From Candidatus Bathyarchaeota archaeon (GTDB taxonomy: Archaea > Thermoproteota > Bathyarchaeia > 40CM-2-53-6), in contig CAVTBR010000002.1 of the NCBI GenBank assembly GCA_963733055.1, forward strand, positions 224,001 to 288,000: a stretch of DNA of 64,000 bases, written 5' to 3'. Below are positions 1 to 9,932 of this stretch, piece after piece (the first letter of the stretch is position 1; each line of letters begins with the position of its first letter). The notes under the pieces were generated by a model, which had not been told where the DNA came from, searched no databases, and saw nothing but the letters and a program-made list of their open reading frames with translations. The position numbers and the translations under genes were made by a program.

Positions 1-2
1 AG

Positions 3-2498
3 CGCACAGATGCGAAGCTTCGTGAATCGGAAGAGCGGTACCATTCCCTCTTTGACCTCATGCTGGACGGAGTATATCTCAGCACGCACGAGGGTCGATT
101 TGTCGACGTTAACCCTACTTTTGTCAGAATGTTTGGGTACTCAAGCAAGGAGGAAGTATTGTCGATCAGGGACATCAAGAAGGAACTGTACTTCGCACCC
201 GAAGAACGTGGAAGTCACATTCTAGATACAAGCAAAGACGAAGTGGAGGTGTACCAGATGCGCCGAAAGGATGGTTCCGAGATCTGGGTAGAAGACCACG
301 GGCGTTACGTTCACGACGAACAGGGAAACATCATCTACCATGAAGGAATACTCCGCGACGTTACCGAAAGGAGGCGGTTGGAGGAGAAACTGAAGACGCA
401 ATCACTCCATTTGCAGAGTTTGGTAGAAGAGAGAACGAAGGAGTTGAGTTCAATTAATGAACGGTTGGAGTTTGTGATTCAGTCTAATCCTGCCGTAATC
501 TTCTCGGGGAAGCCTTTGGCGGATCTCTCAGATTGGGTGTTGACCTTCGTTAGTAATAGGATAGATACAATGCTAGGCTATGAGCCAGGAGAGCTTGTTG
601 ATCATCTAGAGTTCTTCACAAGTCGCATTCACCCTGATGATCTACAAGCGGACTTGGATGGGATTCAAGCGCTCTGGAAGGATGGGCGTCGCACGTTCGA
701 ATACAGGTTTAAGCACAAAGACGGATCCTACCGATTGCTGCATGAAGAAGAATTCGTGACTCGAGACTCTGCGGGAAAGCCTATCGAGGTTAATGGGTAC
801 TGGGTGGACATCACCGAGCAGAAGCATGTGGAGGAGGCGCTGCGCGCGAGCGAGAGTAAATATCGCGAATTGTTCGACGCCTCACCCGTATCGCTATGGG
901 AGGACGACCTCTCTGAAGTGAAACAGTTCCTAGATGCATTACGGCAGAGAGGTGTTTCAGATTTTGACGATTATTTTGCCAAAAATCCAAAAGACCTCGA
1001 CAAATGCGCTGCACTCGTTAGAGTCGTTAACGTGAACAAAGCTACATTGGATCTCTACGGCGCAAAATCCGTCGATGAGATTATTGGAGGCAAACGTGAA
1101 AGCCACGTCTTCGCGTCAGAATCAAATCATGAATTCTTTGGCGATATCATTGCGTTGGCTCAAGGCAAGCTGCATTATGAAGCGGAAATCGAAATCAGAA
1201 CTATGCTTGGCGAAACGAAGCACTGCAATTTAATTTGTGTCGTAGTTCCCGGTTACGAGCAATCAATCGCGAAGGTATTGTTCTGCTTAGTCGATTTGAC
1301 TCCCCAAAAGCGGGCGGAAGAGGGGTTGCGGGAGAGTGAGAGTAAGTACCGCGAACTGTTCGATGCCTCCCCAGTAGCACTCTGGGAGGAAGATTTCTCT
1401 GCGGCCAAACAATTCTTCGATGAATTGCGCCAAAAAGGCTTCTCTAACGTTCGCGACTACTTCAACGAGCACCCTGAGGACATAAGTAAGTGCGCGTCAA
1501 GGGTGAAAGTGCTCAATGTGAACAGAGCCACATTGAATCTCTACGGCGCGAAATCTGTGAATGAGATTATCGGGGGTTTAGGTGGGGTCTTAACGGAAAA
1601 AGCGAACCGTCGTTCATTTTCAGGCGAACTCATAGCGTTTGCGGAGGGCAAGAAGTACTATGAAGCGGAAATGGAAAACAGGACTCTCCGCGGCGAGACC
1701 AAGCGAGTCAAAGTGATATGTGCGGTAGTCCCTGGCTACGAGAAATCGCTGGCCAAAGTTCTTGTCTGCACAGTCGATTTGACTCCCCAGAAGAAATTGG
1801 AGAGAGAGTTAGTCCGGTCGCAGCGGCTCGCCGCAATTGGCGAAACTGCGGGAATGGTTGGCCATGACCTACGTAACCCTCTTCAAGGAATAGCCGGAGC
1901 CTCATACAACATACGAAAGCACCTCCGAAACACGATCGACCCCTCTACGGAAGATATGCTAGAGGTCATAGACAATGGCGTTCAATATGCAAACGGAATC
2001 GTCAACTCCCTCTTGGAGTTTTCAAGGGAAATGCAACTCCAACTCCTACCCACCACACCAAAGTCAATCGTAAGGCAGACACTGACTGATATTAAGGTCC
2101 CAAGCAACATCACCCTAGAGGATACGACAACCAGCGAACCGGAGATTCAGGTCGATCAATCCAAGCTTAAACGTGTACTTATCAACCTCATTCAAAACGC
2201 CATAGATGCGCTGCCGGACGGCGGAAAATTAACGATCAACAGCACAAACGCACAAAAAGAGGTGACTATATCCATCAGTGACACAGGGGTTGGAATTCCC
2301 CAAGACGAGATGGAGAAAATTTGGACACCGTTATACACGACAAAGGCGAAGGGAATCGGGCTAGGAATGGCGATTTGCAAACGCATTGTGGAAGCTCATG
2401 GTGGCTCCATATCCGTTGATAGCACAGTTGGAAAGGGGACAACATTCACGCTGAAACTTCCAACACAAAACGTCCAGTCCGGAGGTGAACCAGTATGA
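3..2498 (+). CDS. Multi-PAS sensor histidine kinase (5' end runs off the window)
   Basis: Several PAS/PAC domains, H-box GMVGHDLRNPL, N-box NLIQNAIDA, G1 DTGVGI, G2 GIGLGM; frame is open back to position 3. Confidence 0.95.
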   Translation, partial: RTDAKLRESEERYHSLFDLMLDGVYLSTHEGRFVDVNPTFVRMFGYSSKEEVLSIRDIKKELYFAPEERGSHILDTSKDEVEVYQMRRKDGSEIWVEDHGRYVHDEQGNIIYHEGILRDVTERRRLEEKLKTQSLHLQSLVEERTKELSSINERLEFVIQSNPAVIFSGKPLADLSDWVLTFVSNRIDTMLGYEPGELVDHLEFFTSRIHPDDLQADLDGIQALWKDGRRTFEYRFKHKDGSYRLLHEEEFVTRDSAGKPIEVNGYWVDITEQKHVEEALRASESKYRELFDASPVSLWEDDLSEVKQFLDALRQRGVSDFDDYFAKNPKDLDKCAALVRVVNVNKATLDLYGAKSVDEIIGGKRESHVFASESNHEFFGDIIALAQGKLHYEAEIEIRTMLGETKHCNLICVVVPGYEQSIAKVLFCLVDLTPQKRAEEGLRESESKYRELFDASPVALWEEDFSAAKQFFDELRQKGFSNVRDYFNEHPEDISKCASRVKVLNVNRATLNLYGAKSVNEIIGGLGGVLTEKANRRSFSGELIAFAEGKKYYEAEMENRTLRGETKRVKVICAVVPGYEKSLAKVLVCTVDLTPQKKLERELVRSQRLAAIGETAGMVGHDLRNPLQGIAGASYNIRKHLRNTIDPSTEDMLEVIDNGVQYANGIVNSLLEFSREMQLQLLPTTPKSIVRQTLTDIKVPSNITLEDTTTSEPEIQVDQSKLKRVLINLIQNAIDALPDGGKLTINSTNAQKEVTISISDTGVGIPQDEMEKIWTPLYTTKAKGIGLGMAICKRIVEAHGGSISVDSTVGKGTTFTLKLPTQNVQSGGEPV
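852..1800 (+). repeat. Intragenic tandem duplication of a ~162 aa PAS module (period ~486 nt)
   Basis: ESKYRELFDASPV(S/A)LWE...VVPGYE(Q/K)S(I/L)AKVL..VDLTPQK occurs twice, with DNA similarity starting at 852 and 1338. Confidence 0.85.
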
Positions 2499-2980
2499 GT
2501 GAAAGCAAGGGGGGTAGAATACTCGTCGTAGACGACGATGAGGGAATACGCAAAGTTGTCGCCGAAGCGTTACGAAGCGAAGGTTACTCAGTGGACACCG
2601 CGAGCAACGGCAAAGAAGCAATCGAGAAATCCCAAGCCAACTTCTACAACCTAGCGCTCGTAGACATACGCCTACCAGACATGGAGGGAACAAAACTCCT
2701 GACCTCCATGAAAGAAACAACTCCAGAGATGGTCAAGATCATCCTGACCGGCTACCCCGCTTTACAAAATGCCATCGACGCAGTAAACAAAGGCGCTCAT
2801 GGCTACTTGGTCAAGCCGATCAAAATGGATGAACTCCTTCGAACAGTCGAACAGAGCCTGAAGAAACAGCGCGAATCGAAGAAATACGGTCAAGAGAAAG
2901 TAGCTGAATTCGTGGAAACACGTTTCAAGGAACTGCAGTCCGAAGAACAAGATAACTCAACGACGACAAAGAAGAAATGA
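2495..2980 (+). CDS. Response regulator receiver protein
   Basis: ILVVDDD, LVDIRLPDMEG, LTG and KP motifs; overlaps the kinase stop. Confidence 0.95.
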   Translation: MSESKGGRILVVDDDEGIRKVVAEALRSEGYSVDTASNGKEAIEKSQANFYNLALVDIRLPDMEGTKLLTSMKETTPEMVKIILTGYPALQNAIDAVNKGAHGYLVKPIKMDELLRTVEQSLKKQRESKKYGQEKVAEFVETRFKELQSEEQDNSTTTKKK

Positions 2981-3002
2981 ATCCTGCTGCGGAAGGACAA
3001 CC

Positions 3003-4055
3003 ATGAACCTGGACAACCCGACCGAGATTCGAAGGGTCGACCAATCAGATATGCTGGCGGCGATGGAGAGGACCCCAGACCGTCTAGTTCCACCACCGGA
3101 CGCTGATTCCACCTGCCAAGTTCGGTCTCAAAACCCTACGAATATCGTCTTTGGGGGCGTAGGAGGTTCCGGAATTGCTGGGGATATCCTCACAGACTAC
3201 TTACGCAGCGAAGTCGATATTCCTGTTGCGGTTTGCAGATCTGTTGGAATGCCGCGTTATGTGGGAAAGAATACCCTATTCATTGCGATAAGTTACTCCG
3301 GAGAAACCGCAGAAACACTTGGATTGTTCGAACAAGCAAAACGTAACGGAGCAAAGGTCGCTGTGATTTGCTCCGGGGGTAAGCTTCTCGCCGCTTCACA
3401 ATCCCAAGGAATTCCTTACGTGAAGGTCGATGGAGGCATGCCTCCAAGATTGGCATTACCCGAACTCGTAGCCGCACTGGCCTACGTCTTGGGTCGAGCG
3501 GGCATTTACAAGGACCGTCACAAATCGCTTGAAACGGCTTCGCGGTCGGTGGGGCAAATAATCAGTTCCGTAAAGCCATCAGCCTCGTTGGCGAAGAATC
3601 AGGCGAAGCAACTGGCTGTCGCACTCAAGGATCATCTGCCCCTCCTGTTAGGGAGCGAGAACAGCAGTAGCGTTCTACGCCGATTCAAGAACGAGCTTAA
3701 CGAAAACAGCAAAGTTCCAGCATTCTACTTCACCCTCCCCGAAGCATATCACAATGACATTGAAGGGCTGAAGACGCTCAGGGAGCTCTCTCGACCCCAA
3801 CCGGTTCTACTTCGTAGCCAGAACCAAACGAAGGCGGACGAGAAGACCGAAAAAAGTTTGGTTGAATTGCTTTCGCAGCTTGGATTTGCGCCAACTCTTA
3901 GTTTCGAAGGTGTGGGCGAAGATCGATTGGGGTGGTTACTTAGCGCTGTAACTTTCGGTGACTATGTTTCGACTTACCTTTCAGTGTTGAGGAATGTCGA
4001 TCCTACGAAACTTTTCCTAATACCGAGCTTCAAGACGGTTAGAGGTCAAGTATGA
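3003..4055 (+). CDS. Bifunctional phosphoglucose/phosphomannose isomerase (SIS fold)
   Basis: GGVGGSGIAG, SYSGETAET, RFKNELNENSK, PEAYHN motifs. Confidence 0.9.
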   Translation: MNLDNPTEIRRVDQSDMLAAMERTPDRLVPPPDADSTCQVRSQNPTNIVFGGVGGSGIAGDILTDYLRSEVDIPVAVCRSVGMPRYVGKNTLFIAISYSGETAETLGLFEQAKRNGAKVAVICSGGKLLAASQSQGIPYVKVDGGMPPRLALPELVAALAYVLGRAGIYKDRHKSLETASRSVGQIISSVKPSASLAKNQAKQLAVALKDHLPLLLGSENSSSVLRRFKNELNENSKVPAFYFTLPEAYHNDIEGLKTLRELSRPQPVLLRSQNQTKADEKTEKSLVELLSQLGFAPTLSFEGVGEDRLGWLLSAVTFGDYVSTYLSVLRNVDPTKLFLIPSFKTVRGQV

Positions 4056-4506
4056 ACCTCAGAATGACAGAGTTTCCCTCTCTGACGACTTCCATCTTGT
4101 GAAGTGTCACCCCCTTCACCTCAACTTTAGAGCCATGAAGCTGTCGATTGTAACTCTCGCCGTAAGCCTTCGCGATCAGATGTAGAGTATTGGAAGCAGT
4201 CTTCAAGAGGGTGACATGAAATTTCGAGTACACCTTACCGTCGAGCTCGAATTTCAGCAGCAACGTGTCTAGCCAATCATAGAGAAGCTCTACTTCGTCA
4301 CCACCGTCGGCCTCAACATCATGGACCACTTTGTGCGAAATCGACGCCAAGTTACACATCGTATCGAACAGCGCTAGTCCCGCATTTTCAAGCGCCTCTT
4401 CGAAAGTGGGACCAACGGATTGAATGTATGCGTCTGTTGTGTGTGGAAGAAACTCGTAACGCGGGACTGTCAAAGCGAACTCATCTCTGAATTTTCGAGC
4501 TCGCAA
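4039..4506 (-). CDS. Archease (RtcB tRNA ligase cofactor); true start probably a few codons downstream
   Basis: YEFLPHTTD, EVKGVTLH, C-terminal ILDL. Confidence 0.92.
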   Translation of the reverse strand: MRARKFRDEFALTVPRYEFLPHTTDAYIQSVGPTFEEALENAGLALFDTMCNLASISHKVVHDVEADGGDEVELLYDWLDTLLLKFELDGKVYSKFHVTLLKTASNTLHLIAKAYGESYNRQLHGSKVEVKGVTLHKMEVVREGNSVILRFILDL

Positions 4507-4518
4507 GCCAACGGGAAC

Positions 4519-4525
4519 TTAAATA
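4519..4525 (+). promoter_or_regulatory. TATA box of tRNA-Ser
   Basis: TTAAATA ~25 nt upstream of the tRNA 5' end. Confidence 0.6.
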
Positions 4526-4549
4526 GGAATCGGCTTCAGGGATACTTTA

Positions 4550-4675
4550 GCCGGGATGGCCGAGTGGATTAACATCATGAAAAATGGTCCAGAGGCGCGG
4601 GCCTTGAGTGTCAAGTTCAATGCAAGCCCGTGGCCCTTATGGGCCTCGGGGGTTCGAATCCCTCTCCCGGCGCCA
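4550..4675 (+). tRNA. tRNA-Ser(TGA) with two introns (D-loop 4572-4592; 37/38 4609-4624)
   Basis: Acceptor GCCGGGA/TCCCGGC, encoded CCA, T-loop TTCGAAT, long variable arm, anticodon stem CGGGC/GCCCG; D-loop intron has BHB GGAT-TA|A...GTCC-AG|A. Confidence 0.92.
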
Positions 4676-4725
4676 AATGACACCGTACTGGCCTTGAAAA
4701 AGTGAAAGCGAAAGGAAAGAACAAA

Positions 4726-6171
4726 ATGAAACGAACCAAGATCATGCTTCTTGTTCTCGCAATCGTTCTGCTCTCGCTTCCTCTTCCGGCTAAAGCGGCA
4801 CCCTCGCTCAGCACAGACAACTTCCTCTACACAACCAGAGACAAGCAAGTAACCTTAGTTGGCTCCGGACTGACTCCGGCTCAGCAATACTACCTCTGGG
4901 TGAAAGGACCGACGTCCACCAAGACACGATATGCCGGAATGTCCTTTACGCCAATCTCAGGAGGGCTCATTCCTCCAGATGTGACGTACCCGTTATCGGC
5001 CAACGCTTCATTGGGCACATACCTCATCAGCCTTTCAACTTCATCAACATCAGATAACGCGCAAGCGACGGCACATTTCGGTGTTTGGGGTTCAGCGGCA
5101 CCCGTATACCAACGAACCCAATCTGTGAATATTCTTGGCGGCGGTATTTTCCCGGGCACCAGCCTGAGTTTGACGATTCAAGACCCTGCAGGCAATATCG
5201 TACACGCTACATTAGCTTCGACCACTGAGGGAGACTTCAATCACACTTGGAGAATCCCACCAGACGCGATTACGGATGTTTTTACAGCCGTGATCTATGG
5301 CACAGGCACTTTCGATAACCCGCAACAGGACTTTTCGTCCACTGCGAAATTTACCGTGACCCAGGCACTATTATCCGCAAGAATCGTAGACCAACCAAAC
5401 TCAACGTATCAGCGGACACAAGTTGCTAATGTTACTATGGCACTTCAGTACCCAGACGGAAGCCCCGTACTGAGCACGAAGGCAAATGCAGGATCCGTCA
5501 TACTCATGCGAGACCAGACTACACTTGGCCCTGCAAATATGACTCTTGTCGACCCCGCAAACGGAATATGGGTTGCTGGAACCAAACTCTTCACAAATGC
5601 GACGCCAGGCACGAGATATCGATTCGAGATGCCAGCCAATTCCTTTGACGATGGCTACGGAAACAGAGGTGCTGCGGTCGACACTTCGTCTAACTATTTT
5701 ACGGTTACAAACGCTAGTTTGTTGATCTTTAGTCAAGTGAACGGGACACGAATCCAAATTCCCTTCGGACAGGTAAGCATCATATCGAAGGTAACATACC
5801 CCGACGGAACACCGTTGACGGCTGGGTCCGTGAACGTCGTCGTCTCTACCGGCTCATCGGTCACACCTGTAACCTCAACCTACGACCCATCCACAGGAGA
5901 ATGGCGTGCGTCGTACTCGAGCACGCTCTTTGATTTGATTCGGGGTGGGAATTGGACCTTGAAGGTGAGCGCAAGTGACACGTTGGGGAACTCGGGAAAG
6001 GCTACTTACGAAGTTGTGGCTCAGCCATATCTGTTCGTCACTCTGATTGTGGGGATTGTTGCGGTCGCGTTTGTTGTTCGTTGGTCCGTGGCGCGTTATG
6101 GAAGGAAGGTTTACTTCCGGTTGCGGAGAATCCTCAAACGTCCTAGATACCGCAAATTCTCTCAGGGTTGA
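4726..6171 (+). CDS. Secreted, C-terminally membrane-anchored Ig-like/cell-surface protein
   Basis: Signal peptide, Ser/Thr-rich beta-type sequence with repeated YQRTQ and YPDG motifs, C-terminal TM plus basic tail. Confidence 0.75.
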   Translation: MKRTKIMLLVLAIVLLSLPLPAKAAPSLSTDNFLYTTRDKQVTLVGSGLTPAQQYYLWVKGPTSTKTRYAGMSFTPISGGLIPPDVTYPLSANASLGTYLISLSTSSTSDNAQATAHFGVWGSAAPVYQRTQSVNILGGGIFPGTSLSLTIQDPAGNIVHATLASTTEGDFNHTWRIPPDAITDVFTAVIYGTGTFDNPQQDFSSTAKFTVTQALLSARIVDQPNSTYQRTQVANVTMALQYPDGSPVLSTKANAGSVILMRDQTTLGPANMTLVDPANGIWVAGTKLFTNATPGTRYRFEMPANSFDDGYGNRGAAVDTSSNYFTVTNASLLIFSQVNGTRIQIPFGQVSIISKVTYPDGTPLTAGSVNVVVSTGSSVTPVTSTYDPSTGEWRASYSSTLFDLIRGGNWTLKVSASDTLGNSGKATYEVVAQPYLFVTLIVGIVAVAFVVRWSVARYGRKVYFRLRRILKRPRYRKFSQG

Positions 6172-7046
6172 AAGATTCCACCAGTGAACCCATGCACCGA
6201 CAGCGCTTTCTTCTGATCGTGCCATTCAAAGATGAAAGAATAGACCGGCATTAGGTATTGGGCTAGCTGAGTCACCTGAAATCGGTTACTGAGTATCTTT
6301 GAGAATGCAACCGGGGGCTTCACGACCATGGCATGAAGCTTCTGTACCAATTCCTCTTTGGTCATTGAATTTGAGTCGAATTCTACGCCGGGGTATTGTG
6401 AGAGAAGTTCTTCGTAAGTGGTTTTCTTCAGCGGTAATTTACGGTCGAAGAATGCTTCCGCCTCGAGGTCTTCCCGTCCCTGCGCGTTGAGAAAGAGAGA
6501 GTTCTCGTCATACATGTGGGCTAACTCCGTGATTTCGCTGAGCCTGAACGATTTCGCTTCCGATCCCTCCCTCCTTCCGAGCAATCGCTTGGCTAAATTC
6601 GATATCCCCTGCCCTTCGGCGGAGCCTAATTCTACCAGATCTCTAATCTTTCCTTCAACCTCGACAGCGACGACATCTGGGGGAAGATCGATTTTGTAGG
6701 TGTTTCCCCTGAAGTAGAAACATTCATGGTATCCTCGAATTCTCCAGAAGGGGATCAGTTTCAGTTTAGGATTCTCCACGGTGTGAACGTCTTGGTCCTT
6801 AGGTTTGAGCAGGGAGAGAACCCGGTTCTTGAACAGCGATGCCCTGCGGCTCTCCGCCGTCTTGAAAAGTTCCGGTAGGGGTTTGGGTTGGAGGAAGTAA
6901 ATGTCAGACGTTAACTTTTCAGGAGCCCAACCGTTTCCGACCCTTGAATCCTCGAACCCGCCCGCGGATTCAAAGAGTGTTTGAAACTCGTTTATCGTTG
7001 AGTCAAGTAGATGTTTGATTTCTTCGAAGCGATCGTCTGCGCTCAA
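6162..7046 (-). CDS. Hypothetical protein
   Basis: 294 aa ORF with natural composition, follows ssb on the same strand. Confidence 0.7.
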   Translation of the reverse strand: MSADDRFEEIKHLLDSTINEFQTLFESAGGFEDSRVGNGWAPEKLTSDIYFLQPKPLPELFKTAESRRASLFKNRVLSLLKPKDQDVHTVENPKLKLIPFWRIRGYHECFYFRGNTYKIDLPPDVVAVEVEGKIRDLVELGSAEGQGISNLAKRLLGRREGSEAKSFRLSEITELAHMYDENSLFLNAQGREDLEAEAFFDRKLPLKKTTYEELLSQYPGVEFDSNSMTKEELVQKLHAMVVKPPVAFSKILSNRFQVTQLAQYLMPVYSFIFEWHDQKKALSVHGFTGGIFQP

Positions 7047-7086
7047 ATTTTGGGCCTTAACCGGCGAAAGGAATCGAGGAATTTAG

Positions 7087-7383
7087 TTATGGCTGCACTG
7101 TGAGCTTTCCGTATCGGCCCACGTTCATCTGGGTCTCGCCCCGAAAACTATCCACGTATCCATTCTCGATTGTCACAGTATCGTTGGCCTTTACTTGGTC
7201 GATCTGTTCGTTCCAGAGGTTAAGTTTGACAGTACCAGAATCGTCGACGACAACCGCAGTAGCAACCCTGGATTGGTCACCCCTTCTCGTCGTTACCTCC
7301 CTTGCTGCCGAGATTTCTTGAATCTTAGCGGTTATGTCCACACGCCTCATTCCAGGCTTGAGTTCGGATACATCGAAATCAAT
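7087..7383 (-). CDS. ssb: Single-stranded DNA-binding protein (single OB fold, crenarchaeal type), probable ATT start
   Basis: VSELKPGMRRVDI...DDSGTVKLNLWNEQ...ENGYVDSFRGETQMNVGRYG; the conserved N-terminus lies upstream of the first ATG. Confidence 0.88.
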   Translation of the reverse strand: MDFDVSELKPGMRRVDITAKIQEISAAREVTTRRGDQSRVATAVVVDDSGTVKLNLWNEQIDQVKANDTVTIENGYVDSFRGETQMNVGRYGKLTVQP

Positions 7384-7434
7384 CCGCTAGAGCAATGTTT
7401 GCGATATTAAACTATTTCACTTCAATTAGGTCAA

Positions 7435-9798
7435 TTAGGGCTTCGTGATCAACGAGTGCATCCTAACCAAGTCGCCCTTGAACGGCGCAAGAGCTTTCGG
7501 GACCTTTACCTCGACCGGGTCTCTCAGGGCTAAGTTCTTTTCTTTCTTGATTTTCCAGACTTCCCGGTTGAACTCGAACATCTTCTGAGTGTAGCGTTTC
7601 GACGCCTTCGACCATGCGGGCTTTGGGAATTGCTCGGTGTGGATGCTTCGCTTCGAGTACAATTGCCTCCATACATGTTCTGGTATGAATGGAGTTATGG
7701 GCGCGAGTAAGAGGAGCACGCTCTTCAAGACTGTGTGAAGCGTGTACCACGCGGCCTTCTGTTGAGCTTTTGTGAATCCCTCGCCATAGGCGCGAGGCTT
7801 CACCATCTCTAGGTAGTGGGATGCAAATGTTTCCCAGACGAAATCTCGAATCGCCGTTGAGGGGAGAAAGAAATTGTATTCACGATAGCCATCCACGGAT
7901 TTTTGTACTAATAGTGTAAGTTCGGAGAGAATCCACTTGTCGCTGGGCTGGAGTTGGGCAGTCTTGACTTGGGGAAAGGATGAGATGAAACGGGAGAGAT
8001 TCCAGAGCTTCGTCATGAACTTGTGAGCTGCGGCTATTCTCATTTCTGAGCAGCGGAAATCAGATCCTAGAGTGGCTTCGGAAGCGTTCCAGAACCTAAA
8101 GGCGTCTGCTCCGAACTTTTCGAGTACCGGTTCAGGCTCCACGACGTTCCCCTTGCTCTTGTGCATCGCCTGTCCTTGCTCATCCATTCCAAGCCCGTTG
8201 ATCCAAGCATCTGTAAATGGCGCCCGCCCAGTTAGTTGGTAGCACCTGAGAACCGAGTAATTGAGCCAGGTTCTTACAATGTCCTTGCCCTGTGGCCTTA
8301 TGCTCACAGGGTATGCTCGCTTGAAGAACTTGGGGTCGAGCCAGTATTTGGAAATGTAGAGAGCGGAAATGCTCGAATCCATCCATGTATCGAAAGTGCG
8401 CGTGTCGCCCTCGAATTCTGAGTGACCGCATTTGGAACATGTCGCGGAGGGTGGTTGATCTCTCCACGGCCTATAATACTCGCCCGGAGGAGGGAGAAGC
8501 GGGGTGCTGCAGTTCTTACAGTACCAAACAGGAATCTCGGTTGCGTATACCCGGCGTCTGGATATCGGCCAATCGATTGCGATGGAGTTTATCCAATTGA
8601 GCAGTATCTGCCTGGACGCCTTGGGATGAAACTTGATCTGATTAGCAAGCCGATTGATTTTCGGAATGAAGTCTATTTGCTTTAGATAATATTCCTTCAT
8701 GGGTACGATTTCGATCGGGGTGTTGCTGCGTGAGCAGACTGGCGTGCGATGCCTGATGTTCTCGGTCTTAACGAGAAGACCATGAGAGCGTAGGTCCTCA
8801 AGGATTCGTGAGCGTCCTTCCATCATTCTTAGACCTTGGTATGCTCCCGCGGCAGCGGTAAGTCGGCCATCCGGCGCCACTGCTAAGACCTCTTTGAGGC
8901 CGAGTTCCCTGAAGAGTAGAACGTCCGTGTAGTCTCCATAGCTACATATCATTACGGCCCCCGTGCCGAATTCGGGTTGGGCACTTGGATGGGGCTTAAT
9001 CTCGACTGTGCGACCGTAGATGGGCAAAGTTGCGTGCATTCCGTGAAGTTTGGTGTATCTTTCGTCCATGGGGTTTACGATTACTAGTTGACATGCGCAG
9101 ATGAGCTCGGGTCTTGTTGTTGCGATAACCAGCGTCTCTCCGGTTTCTTCAATTTTGAAGTTCACGTAAGCCAGGTTCGAGGGGCGATCTTCGTACTCTA
9201 CTTCTGCATCGGCGATTGTTGTGCCGCATTCATGGCAGTAGTTGTTAGGGCGTGTTGTTTCGTAGATGAGTCCTCTTTTCCAGAGTTCGATAAATGTAGC
9301 CTGTGTCCGTTTTCGGTAATCTTCGCTATCAGTATGATATTTGCCATCGTAGTCCCCACTCAACCCTACACGCTTCATCATGTTCGTCATCTGCGCTTCA
9401 AGGTCGTCGAGTGCGCGGGAGCATAGGTCGATGAATTGTTGCCTTGGGGTGTCCCGCATCTTCACTTTGGAGTGCTTCTCCACGTAGATCTCGACGTTGA
9501 TTCCGTTTCGGTCGAACCCGATTGGGAAGAGTACCGATCTTCCCAACATGCGTTGCGATCGAGCGATCATGTCGATCTGTGAGTAAGATGCTACTGCCCC
9601 TATGTGCCAAGTTCCTGAGGTAGTTGGCGGAGGGGTGTCGATGACGAAGGGCTTACCTACCTTTCCCGCTCTAAACCTAAACGTCCCTTCTTGCTGCCAT
9701 TTATCGAAGATCGTTCTCTCAAGGTTATGGTCCCACCTTTTCTCGACGATTCGTGGAAGGAATTTCTTCGCCGTTTCAGTTTTCTCCGGAGTTGCCAT
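7435..9798 (-). CDS. valS: Valine--tRNA ligase (archaeal type)
   Basis: DTPPPTTSG.WHIGA (HIGH), DWPISRRR, DTWMDSS, RPQGKDIVRTW, AMHKSKGN (KMSKS). Confidence 0.95.
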   Translation of the reverse strand: MATPEKTETAKKFLPRIVEKRWDHNLERTIFDKWQQEGTFRFRAGKVGKPFVIDTPPPTTSGTWHIGAVASYSQIDMIARSQRMLGRSVLFPIGFDRNGINVEIYVEKHSKVKMRDTPRQQFIDLCSRALDDLEAQMTNMMKRVGLSGDYDGKYHTDSEDYRKRTQATFIELWKRGLIYETTRPNNYCHECGTTIADAEVEYEDRPSNLAYVNFKIEETGETLVIATTRPELICACQLVIVNPMDERYTKLHGMHATLPIYGRTVEIKPHPSAQPEFGTGAVMICSYGDYTDVLLFRELGLKEVLAVAPDGRLTAAAGAYQGLRMMEGRSRILEDLRSHGLLVKTENIRHRTPVCSRSNTPIEIVPMKEYYLKQIDFIPKINRLANQIKFHPKASRQILLNWINSIAIDWPISRRRVYATEIPVWYCKNCSTPLLPPPGEYYRPWRDQPPSATCSKCGHSEFEGDTRTFDTWMDSSISALYISKYWLDPKFFKRAYPVSIRPQGKDIVRTWLNYSVLRCYQLTGRAPFTDAWINGLGMDEQGQAMHKSKGNVVEPEPVLEKFGADAFRFWNASEATLGSDFRCSEMRIAAAHKFMTKLWNLSRFISSFPQVKTAQLQPSDKWILSELTLLVQKSVDGYREYNFFLPSTAIRDFVWETFASHYLEMVKPRAYGEGFTKAQQKAAWYTLHTVLKSVLLLLAPITPFIPEHVWRQLYSKRSIHTEQFPKPAWSKASKRYTQKMFEFNREVWKIKKEKNLALRDPVEVKVPKALAPFKGDLVRMHSLITKP

Positions 9799-9932
9799 CT
9801 GTTCTCACTTGCCTAGGAATCGTGTTGGGGCAGGAAAATGTTCGTTTGAGAGTTTTAGCGGACTTGAAGGTGATACGGGCCTCTGCACCAACCGGAATTG
9901 AGTTGTTTTGCCGTATAAGATTGTCGAATAAC

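Noticed and set aside
4603-4625. Reading the tRNA as Sec (TCA) or Ala (TGC) through alternative splice registers
   Set aside because: The 7-bp acceptor, G73 discriminator and long variable arm fit archaeal tRNA-Ser(TGA) with a 37/38 intron
4519-4848. Minus-strand ORFs overlapping tRNA-Ser
   Set aside because: Antisense translations of the tRNA (GAGRGIRTP and PGEGFEPP are typical tRNA shadows)
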